DNA of 59,173 nucleotides, from assembly GCA_031273045.1 (NCBI GenBank), contig JAISSQ010000115.1, positions 1 through 59,173 on the forward strand. Direction: 5' to 3'. Positions 19,821-26,792 of this stretch are shown piece by piece (the first letter of the stretch is position 1; the number at the start of each line of letters is the position of its first letter). The position numbers and the translations under genes were made by a program. Below the pieces are notes generated by a model that did not search any database, was not told the DNA's origin, and was given only the letters and a program-made list of their open reading frames with translations. The stretch comes from Puniceicoccales bacterium. Its GTDB lineage: Bacteria; Verrucomicrobiota; Verrucomicrobiia; Opitutales; UBA953.

Positions 19821-20298
19821 CAGGAAAGGTTTTTCGAGGGAGATTTCGGGAGCGTTTGCGGGAGAGTTTTCGGGAGGCATCGTGAGGTTTGGCGCGTCAG
19901 GGCGAGTGGTGAAATGAGTGTGGGAGAGCGTGGTGATGGTGGTGGTTGGAGAGGGAGTGGAAGAGGCGGGCGAAAGGGGCGGGAGAGCCGGTGGCGTCTG
20001 GGAAGTCGGGCTGTCGGGGCATCGCGCCGACGGTGCCTGACGCTCCGCCGAAACGCGGGCGTCCGCGCGGGGGCGGTCGCGGTCGCCGCGACTGCCACCA
20101 GCGCCATCGTCGAGAGGATGCGAGGGGGTCATGAGATGAGGATTTGGGAAAGAGGTTGGTTAGAGATTGGAAGCGGGTTGCGGGGCGGATGCCCAGAGGT
20201 GGAGTGGGGGAGTTTTGACTGGTGTGGTTGTCTTCTGTTTCGCAAAATTTAGCGAGCACATTTTGCCCACCGCCGGCACCAGCGCGCAACACCGAAAA

Positions 20299-20727
20299 AG
20301 GGAAGGTTGAAGGTTGAAGGAGGAAGGATGGGAAGAAAGGATGAAGGATGAAGGATGAAGGATGAAGGATAAGGGATAAGGGATAAGGGCAAAGGGATAA
20401 GGGTAGTTTCCTGCGGCGTAGCCGCGCACTCTACCCTTTGCCCTTTGCCCTCATCCCTTTGCCCTTTTTTCATGGAGCGCCGCACACTGGGAGCGCCGAC
20501 TTTCAAGTCGGCTCGCCCCCTCCATGCGGCGCAGACGCCACTCTTTAAAAGAAGCAAGGCGGCTACGCCGCAGCACCCCCAAGCCGACTTGAAAGTCGGC
20601 GCTCCATCCCTCACCCTTCGCCTCCTTCATCCCTCATCCTTCCTCCTTCATCCTTCCTCCTTCATCCTTTCTTTCCATCCCTCATCCTTCATCCCTCATC
20701 CTTCATCCTTTCTTTTCATCCTTTCTT
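20299..20727. repeat. Composite heptamer-armed palindromic repeat element (intergenic)
   Basis: A purine-rich 7-nt tandem array (AAGGATG/AGGGATA/AGGGCAA) spans 20299-20406. A loop TTTCCTGCGGCGTAGCCGCGCACT follows, with a complementary arm CTACCCTTTGCCCTTTGCCC at 20431-20464. A perfect 23-bp inverted pair GGAGCGCCGACTTTCAAGTCGGC lies at 20490-20512 and 20583-20605, each half itself a hairpin. A pyrimidine-rich mirror array (CCTTCAT)n spans 20614-20727. Confidence 0.8.
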
Positions 20728-22175
20728 GAACGATACGCATGGGGAATACCTTGTTCTTCTCTTCTTTCCGGAAAACCGGAACCTTGCGCCCTTGCTTTGA
20801 GCGTTGAAACAATTCTTCATCTTCTCCCGTGAGGAGCCATGCGCATTCGCCCTCGCGAACATAACGAAGCGGTTCCGCCTTGAACCGTATATACGAACCG
20901 GGCGGACCCAACGGCACGGTTTTCAAATACGCGGGAATAAAATCCTCAAATTTTTCCGGCAGGGCACCTCGCTTTTCCTCATAGGCACGTATCGCAAGGA
21001 CGCACAAGAGAAGCGAACGGGAAAAATGATTGTCGTTTCTCTTTTTCAATACGTCCGCCAAATCCCAATACCCCAAGCGCCACGTGCACACCATAATTGT
21101 CGCCATGTCCGTCTTCCATGAATAAATCTCGAAAAATTTCGAACCAGCCCCAGTCGTCCCACTCGGTTTCTTTGTAAAAGACAGCGCCTCGTCATCCTTG
21201 CCTTTTTCAAACAAGTCAACCACACGGATGGCCTGAAGAAAAGAATCGCGCCAAATGCGACGAATACGATTCGGCTTGAAGGTGAGCCGAAACTGCGCCT
21301 TCTCGGAGAAACCCATCGAAAACTGCCCATGAATCGCATCTAATTGTTCCAAGAATTCATCCGCCGTTTTTAACTGCAAAGCGGTCAAAAGTTCGCGTTT
21401 GAGTGTCGAGCGAATATCCTCCCATGTTACAATGCCGGCGTCCCCGGCAAGTGCTTTTCGCAGGGAATCGAGCCATTCGGCAGGGAAACGCTTGTGCGCG
21501 ACAAGGCGTGCAATGTCCGAATCGGTAAGTTCTCGCGCTATTTCCACACTGTTCAGAGAGGATAGGTCACGTGTTTCTCCCTTTTGACGGGCGTCCAAAC
21601 GCAAAGTCCGTTCGAGAGCAGCCATGCAATTATCGCGATTCCCAAGATACGCGCTCCACGCGATTTTTCGCGAAAGTATCCCCTTTGCACGAAAGTAACT
21701 CTGTGTGCCTTCCAGACAAAGTGCCTCATTCTGCATTTTGGACATCGGTGTCGCCGGTGCCGCGAGAACGGCATCCACTTTCCGAAAAATCGCCTTGAAT
21801 TCCGCATCTCTTTCAAACGCGCCGCGAACGACATCCTCCGCGAACGACATCCTCCGCGAACGCCGCCCCCTTTTGCATCTTCGCAACTTCATCGTCTTCT
21901 TTCCGGCTCCGGGCACGTTCGGCCGGCGACATCCGCCGGTAGGAATCGTCTTCGGGGAAGAATTCCGTGAGCAAGGTCGTGCAGTCCTTCTGTCCGGCGG
22001 GCAGTTCCGGCGGCACCGGCGGCAGTTGCGCGAGAGCGGCGGAAAGGTCCGGCGGTGCCTCGTCGCGCGCCGCAATCAGGAACGTGACTGACAGCGCGAC
22101 GACGCCCCCGCAGAGCACAAGTGCGGCGGTGCGAAGGATTTTCAGGAGACGGAGACGGGCGGGAGACAAGGGCAT
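20696..22175 (-). pseudogene. Membrane-anchored hypothetical protein disrupted by a 16-bp tandem duplication
   Basis: ORF 21813..22295 (real start MPLSPARLRLLKILRTAALVLCGGVVALSVTF at 22175) ends ..FAEDVVRGGCRSRRV*. ORF 20696..22075 continues ..FAEDVVRGAFERDAEFKAIF in the +1 frame. Deleting one 16-nt unit fuses them into a single ~490-aa ORF. Confidence 0.7.
21824..21862. repeat. 16-bp tandem duplication GCGAACGACATCCTCC x2 plus a partial third copy
   Basis: Units lie at 21824-21839 and 21840-21855, followed by GCGAACG at 21856-21862. This is the classic slipped-strand configuration between 7-nt microhomologies. Confidence 0.9.
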
Positions 22176-22285
22176 GGGGCGCTCGCTACGCAAAACCGTC
22201 ACTGCTGTCCACACGAAAGAGAAGCGTTTCCTTGACACGCAGGCGCGGTTGCGGCAGACACCTCCGCCGATACCACGCTTCCGCC

Positions 22286-22930
22286 ATGTTCGCATTTCTC
22301 AAAAAAATTCTCGGCCGTGATGACAAGTTTTTCGTCCTGCTTGACGCCAGCGCGCAGCAGGCGCTCGAAAGCGCGAAACTGCTCCTGCGGCTCCATGCGG
22401 CAATCGGCGACGAGCAAGCGTTCAACAAGGCGCGCTCCGACCTCTCCCAGTCGCGCCGCATGGACAAGCGCATCGCCACCGACATCATCGCCGCCCTGTG
22501 CAACACCTTCGTGACCCCGTTTGAGCGCGAAGACATCGAGGCGCTCGCCAGCGCGCTCTACAAAATCCCCAAGGTCGCCGAGAAAATCGGCGAGCGCATC
22601 GCCATCTCGCCCAAGAAATTCGCCGCCGAATTCGTCGCCCGCCAACTCCAAATGCTCGAAAAGGCCGCCGGCGGCGTCGTGCGCATGACCGCCATGCTGC
22701 GCGCCATCGGCGACATGGAAAAAATCAAGCAGGCCTACGAGGAGATTCAGGCAATCGAAGGCGAGGCGGACAAACTCATGCTCGGCACGCTGCACGACCT
22801 CTACAACGGCACGCTCGACGCCAAGGACGTGCTCATTCTCACCGACATTCACGAGCACCTCGAACGCTCCATTGACCTGTGCCGCGACGCCGGAAAGGTC
22901 ATCTTCCAAGTTGCGCTCAAACATGCGTAG
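22286..22930 (+). CDS. DUF47 / PhoU-like phosphate transport regulator family protein
   Basis: MFAFLKKILGRDDKFFVLLDASAQ..FVTPFEREDIEALASALYKIPKVAEKI..IQAIEGEADKLM..DVLILTDIHEHLERSIDLCRDA is a typical TIGR00153/DUF47 pattern. It has the usual partnership with a downstream PiT transporter. The internal ATG at 22286 was chosen over the track start at 22121. Confidence 0.8.
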   Translation: MFAFLKKILGRDDKFFVLLDASAQQALESAKLLLRLHAAIGDEQAFNKARSDLSQSRRMDKRIATDIIAALCNTFVTPFEREDIEALASALYKIPKVAEKIGERIAISPKKFAAEFVARQLQMLEKAAGGVVRMTAMLRAIGDMEKIKQAYEEIQAIEGEADKLMLGTLHDLYNGTLDAKDVLILTDIHEHLERSIDLCRDAGKVIFQVALKHA

Positions 22931-22988
22931 GAAAGGATGAAGGATGAAGGATGAAAAATGGAGAATGACGAATGGAGGATGAAAACGG
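22930..22988. repeat. Purine-rich heptamer array (left flank of four-helix-bundle cassette)
   Basis: GGAAAGGATGAAGGATGAAGGATGAAAAATGGAGAATGACGAATGGAGGATGAAAACGG. It is the inverse complement of the array at 23441-23518. Confidence 0.85.
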
Positions 22989-23027
22989 CTTTGATGCCTT
23001 TCAAATGACCCTTACCCCTCTCCGCTT

Positions 23028-23435
23028 ATGAGCACCTCGGCACTTGATTTGAAAACACGCACGCGCGATTTCGCGTTGCGCGTCATCCGCCTGTATTCGT
23101 CCCTGCCCAAGGGAGATGCCGTGGCGCAGGTGCTCGGCAAGCAGATGCTCCGTTCCGCAACCTCGGTTGGCGCGAATTACCGCGAGGGTTGCCGCGGGCG
23201 TTCCGACGCCGAGTTTGTCGCCAAACTCGGCGAAAGTTTGAAGGAGTTGGAGGAGACGCAGTATTGGTTTGAACTCCTCACCGGCGCCGACTGCGTCGCC
23301 GCTCCGCAGATGACCGTGCTCGCTGACGAAGCCGGACAACTCACCGCCATCCTCACCTCCATAGTCAAGGCGCGCCGCACCGCGCGAAGCGCGCAAACGT
23401 CGCGGATTGACACCGCCACCGCAACCACCGCCTAA
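23028..23435 (+). CDS. Four-helix-bundle protein (23S rRNA intervening-sequence protein family)
   Basis: DLKTRTRDFALRVIRLYSSLPK..VAQVLGKQMLRSATSVGANYREGCRGRSDAEFVAKLGESLKELEETQYWFELL matches the family hallmark (SxGANxxEG, EF..KL.I..KE..ET.YW). Confidence 0.85.
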   Translation: MSTSALDLKTRTRDFALRVIRLYSSLPKGDAVAQVLGKQMLRSATSVGANYREGCRGRSDAEFVAKLGESLKELEETQYWFELLTGADCVAAPQMTVLADEAGQLTAILTSIVKARRTARSAQTSRIDTATATTA

Positions 23436-23440
23436 CCGCC

Positions 23441-23518
23441 CCCTCAACCTTCATCCTTCATCCTTCAACCTTCATCCTTCCCCTTCAACCTTCATCCTTC
23501 CTCCTTCATCCTTCCCCC
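23441..23518. repeat. Pyrimidine-rich heptamer array (right flank of four-helix-bundle cassette)
   Basis: CCCTCAACCTTCATCCTTCATCCTTCAACCTTCATCC... runs up to 2 nt before the pit ATG and is complementary to 22930-22988. Confidence 0.85.
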
Positions 23519-23519
23519 A

Positions 23520-24629
23520 ATGGTTTTCCTGATTCTCGTCCTGGTTTGCGCGCTGTTGTTCGAGTTCATCAACGGCTTCCATGACGCCGCGAACGCCATC
23601 GCCACCGTCGTTTCGACCAAGGTGCTCACGCCGCGACAGGCAATCGCGCTCGCCGCCGGCATGGACATGACCGGCGCGTTGCTGGGCACCGCCGTCGCCA
23701 CGACCGTCGCCACCGGCTTTGTGCACATCCACGTCGGCGCGCCGGCAATCGTGTGCGCGCTCGCCGCCGCCATTGTGTGGAACCTCGTCACGTGGTTTTT
23801 CGGCATCCCGTCGAGTTCGAGCCACGCGCTCATCGGCGGACTTTGCGGCGCGGCGCTCGCGCAGGCGGCGGTGCACCACGCCAACCTGCCGCTGGGCGAA
23901 ATTCTCATCTGGAACGAGACCGTCACCAAAGTTGGCGCCGACGGCGTCGCCGTCACCCGCCACATCGGACTGTGGCCGAAACTGATTGAGCCGATGCTCA
24001 TCTCGCCCGTGTTCGGCTTCGCGCTGGGCGTGGTGGTGATGTTCCTGCTGACCGTGCTGCTCGTGAAGGCGCGCCCCGCGCTCGTCCAACGCTGGTTCGG
24101 CAAACTGCAAATCCTCTCCGCCGGCGGCATGGCGCTCGGGCACGGCATGAACGACGCGCAGAAGACGATGGGCATCATCACGCTCGCGCTCGTCGCCGCC
24201 ACCAGCGACGGCGTGTTCGCGGACTTCCCCGAATGGCTTCGCGGCGCGCTCCACGTCAGCAAAGGCGACCCGATACCGCTGTGGGTTCAAATCGTGTGCG
24301 CGCTCACCATCGCCGCCGGCACCGCCAACGGCGGCTGGCGCATCATCCGCACGATGGGGCACAAGATGGTGAAGTTGCAGCCCGTCCACGGCTTCGCCGC
24401 CGAGACCAGCGCGGCGGCGGTCATCCAAGTCGCCAGCCACTTCGGCATCCCGCTCTCGACCACGCACGTCATCTCGACCTCGATTATGGGCGTCGGCGCG
24501 ATGAAACGCTTCAGCGCGGTGAAGTGGGGGCTTGTCGGCCGCATCGTCTGGGCGTGGGTGCTCACGCTGCCGGTGACCGCCACCCTTGGCTGGTGCGCCT
24601 ACCGCCTCGGCTGGGCGCTGACGCATTGA
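23520..24629 (+). CDS. pit: Inorganic phosphate transporter, PiT family
   Basis: An N-terminal FEFINGFHDAANAIATVVST motif and a second GMNDAQKTMGIITLAL motif are present, with multiple hydrophobic helices. 369 aa. Confidence 0.9.
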   Translation: MVFLILVLVCALLFEFINGFHDAANAIATVVSTKVLTPRQAIALAAGMDMTGALLGTAVATTVATGFVHIHVGAPAIVCALAAAIVWNLVTWFFGIPSSSSHALIGGLCGAALAQAAVHHANLPLGEILIWNETVTKVGADGVAVTRHIGLWPKLIEPMLISPVFGFALGVVVMFLLTVLLVKARPALVQRWFGKLQILSAGGMALGHGMNDAQKTMGIITLALVAATSDGVFADFPEWLRGALHVSKGDPIPLWVQIVCALTIAAGTANGGWRIIRTMGHKMVKLQPVHGFAAETSAAAVIQVASHFGIPLSTTHVISTSIMGVGAMKRFSAVKWGLVGRIVWAWVLTLPVTATLGWCAYRLGWALTH

Positions 24630-24653
24630 CGGCGGCACCGGCGGCGGTGCCGG

Positions 24654-25751
24654 CTATCCGAGCCGCCGGAGCACTTCCGCCGCGAATTCGCGGGTGCCGA
24701 CTGCCGGTGCGCCGAAGGCGATGTCGGCGGTGCGAATGCCAGCGGCGACGGTCGCGTTGACGGCGCCGGCGAGGACGTCCGCCTCGGCGTTCAATCCGAA
24801 ACTGTGGCGGAGCATCAACGCGGCGGAGAGCAATTGCGCGCTGGGATTGGCGAGGTTCTTGCCGGCGATGTCGGGTGCGCTGCCGCCGGCGGGTTCGTAA
24901 AGACCGAAGGGGAAGCCGTGGCGGTTTTTGTCCGCGCCGAGCGACGCCGATGAGAGCATTCCGAGGGAGCCGCAGACGACCGCCATCTCGTCGGAAAGAA
25001 TGTCGCCGAACATGTTTTCGGTCAGCAGCACGTCGAACGACGCCGGGTCGCGCACCAACTGCATCGCGGCGGCGTCAACATACATGTGCGACAGGGTGAT
25101 GTCCGGCGCGGTGGCGGCGACGCGCTCGGAGACGACGCGGCGCCAGAGCACGGAGCATTCGAGGACGTTCGCCTTGTCAACGGACAGCAGTCGTTTGCCG
25201 CGCGAACGGGCGGCGGCGACGGCGACGTCGGTGACGCGCTCGATTTCGCTCTTGCGATAGACCATCGTGTCGAACGCCTCGGTGTCGCCGCCGGCGGGCG
25301 TGGTCGTTCCTTTTTTTCCGAAGTAGAGACCGCCGGTGAGTTCGCGGACGCACACCATGTCAATGCCGGCGGGAATGCGTTCGGCGCGGATTGGCGAGGC
25401 GCCGGCGAGCGCGGCGGGCAGGAAGCCGGGGCGCAGGTTTGCGAACAGTTTGAAGTGCTTGCGCAACGGCAGCAGCGCGGCGCGTTCGGGCTGCTCGGCG
25501 GGCGGCAAGTGCTCCCATTTCGGGCCGCCGACACTTCCGAAGAGAATGGCGTCCGCCGCGCGGGCGGCGTCGAGCGTGGCGTCGGGCAGTGCTTTGCCGG
25601 CGGCGTCAATGCCGGCACCGCCGACAGGATGAGCGGAGTGTTCGAGCGTGTGACCGGCGCGTTTGAGGACGGTTTCGAGGACGGGCAGCGCTGCGTCCAT
25701 GACTTCGGGGCCGATGTAGTCGCCCGCGAGAACTGCGATTTTGAGATGCAT
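24654..25751 (-). CDS. leuB: 3-isopropylmalate dehydrogenase
   Basis: MHLKIAVLAGDYIGPEV..LFGSVGGPKWE..LRKHFKLFANLRP..VRELTGGLYFG..SVDKANVL..LLTENMFGDILSDE..GSLGMLSSASL..GLYEPAGGSAPDIAGKNLANP. The internal ATG at 25751 was chosen over the track start at 25826. Confidence 0.92.
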   Translation of the reverse strand: MHLKIAVLAGDYIGPEVMDAALPVLETVLKRAGHTLEHSAHPVGGAGIDAAGKALPDATLDAARAADAILFGSVGGPKWEHLPPAEQPERAALLPLRKHFKLFANLRPGFLPAALAGASPIRAERIPAGIDMVCVRELTGGLYFGKKGTTTPAGGDTEAFDTMVYRKSEIERVTDVAVAAARSRGKRLLSVDKANVLECSVLWRRVVSERVAATAPDITLSHMYVDAAAMQLVRDPASFDVLLTENMFGDILSDEMAVVCGSLGMLSSASLGADKNRHGFPFGLYEPAGGSAPDIAGKNLANPSAQLLSAALMLRHSFGLNAEADVLAGAVNATVAAGIRTADIAFGAPAVGTREFAAEVLRRLG

Positions 25752-25857
25752 GAGTAGCCACAAGAAAAACGCGCCCCCGCCCAACCGGCAAGCGCGGCGG
25801 GCGGAACGGCGGCAACCTCCGAACACCTGCCTGCCTTGCGTCTCCCGCTCTGGGAAA

Positions 25858-25983
<126 letters not shown>

Positions 25984-26041
25984 TTAGTGGTTCGGGGGGA
26001 AGGGGTTATGTGGGTGGGGGGAGGGGTGGAGAGAAGGACGG

Positions 26042-26088
26042 GGTAATGTTTGGTAATGGATGGTAATGGGCGGTAATGAGGGGGAATG
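26042..26088 (+). promoter_or_regulatory. Five GGTAATG boxes at exact 10-bp phasing (candidate arm-type integrase/Xis sites)
   Basis: GGTAATG occurs at 26042, 26052, 26062 and 26072, with GGGAATG at 26082. The array lies about 60 bp inside attL. AAGCGAACCCAC is also repeated near 26093 and 26152. Confidence 0.5.
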
Positions 26089-26172
26089 CGTAAAGCGAAC
26101 CCACTTTCTGAACAGTAGCGCACTCACTTGTGCAGGGGGAAATGATGTCAGAAGCGAACCCACGGGAACCGG

Positions 26173-26757
26173 TTATTCGGGGAGGAAGAATGACCAGCGA
26201 TAGTCGTTGGTGTGGGCGCGGTAGAAGTGGGGATGTTGTGCGAGGATGGGGATGATGTGGTCGCGGGAGACGGTGGTGTCGAAGGAGGCGAAGGGGACGC
26301 AGTGGGGGTTGTTGAGGATGTAGCGGGCGATGCACTGTCCGGCGTCGGTAGGGGTGGGGAAGAGGAGGGCAAGGTAGTGCTCTGGGTCGGTGGGAAGGGG
26401 GGTATGAAAGACGCAGATGTAGGCGGCGTGGTCGCTCCATGCTTTGCGGGCGGCGGAGAGGACTGCTGCGGCGGCGGATTGGGTCGAGGTGGCACGGACG
26501 ATGTCGCTGGATGGGGCGTAGAGAAGGGTGGCGATGTGGGCGTCGCCTCGTCGGCGGTGATGGAAGAAGGCGCGGTGGGTGGCTCCGTGGGCGTGGATGA
26601 CGGGGGGGGGCACGGAGGGGTTGCTCGGTGCGCAATTTTCTTGCGCGGTGGCGGAGGTCGTGGCGGCGGTGGCGGTAGTGCCGGCGCTGACTCCGCTGCG
26701 CTTCGTTGGCGCTGGGGGCGCTGGGTGGTGGATGGGGATGATGGTGTGGGAGGGCAT
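26173..26757 (-). CDS. Hypothetical protein downstream of integrase (prophage-end cargo gene)
   Basis: 194-aa ORF following int on the same strand. The C-terminal ~130 aa have non-repetitive, globular-looking composition (..AAYICVFHTPLPTDPEHYLALLFPTPTDAGQCIARYILNNPHCVPFASF..). No motif was recognised and the start is uncertain. Confidence 0.5.
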   Translation of the reverse strand: MPSHTIIPIHHPAPPAPTKRSGVSAGTTATAATTSATAQENCAPSNPSVPPPVIHAHGATHRAFFHHRRRGDAHIATLLYAPSSDIVRATSTQSAAAAVLSAARKAWSDHAAYICVFHTPLPTDPEHYLALLFPTPTDAGQCIARYILNNPHCVPFASFDTTVSRDHIIPILAQHPHFYRAHTNDYRWSFFLPE

Positions 26758-26792
26758 GGTATGATGTGTGCGGAGGTTGGATGTGTGGGTGA

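Noticed and set aside
19821-20132. Separate small gene upstream of the giant ORF
   Set aside because: The stretch is in the same frame as the giant ORF and is stop-free. It is low-complexity P/T/S-rich, so it is treated as a possible N-terminal extension or 5-prime UTR rather than an independent gene.
22199-22924. 241-aa minus ORF opposite the DUF47 gene, and the 388-aa minus ORF 23472..24638 opposite pit
   Set aside because: The + strand products carry clear family motifs and the minus translations are low-complexity.
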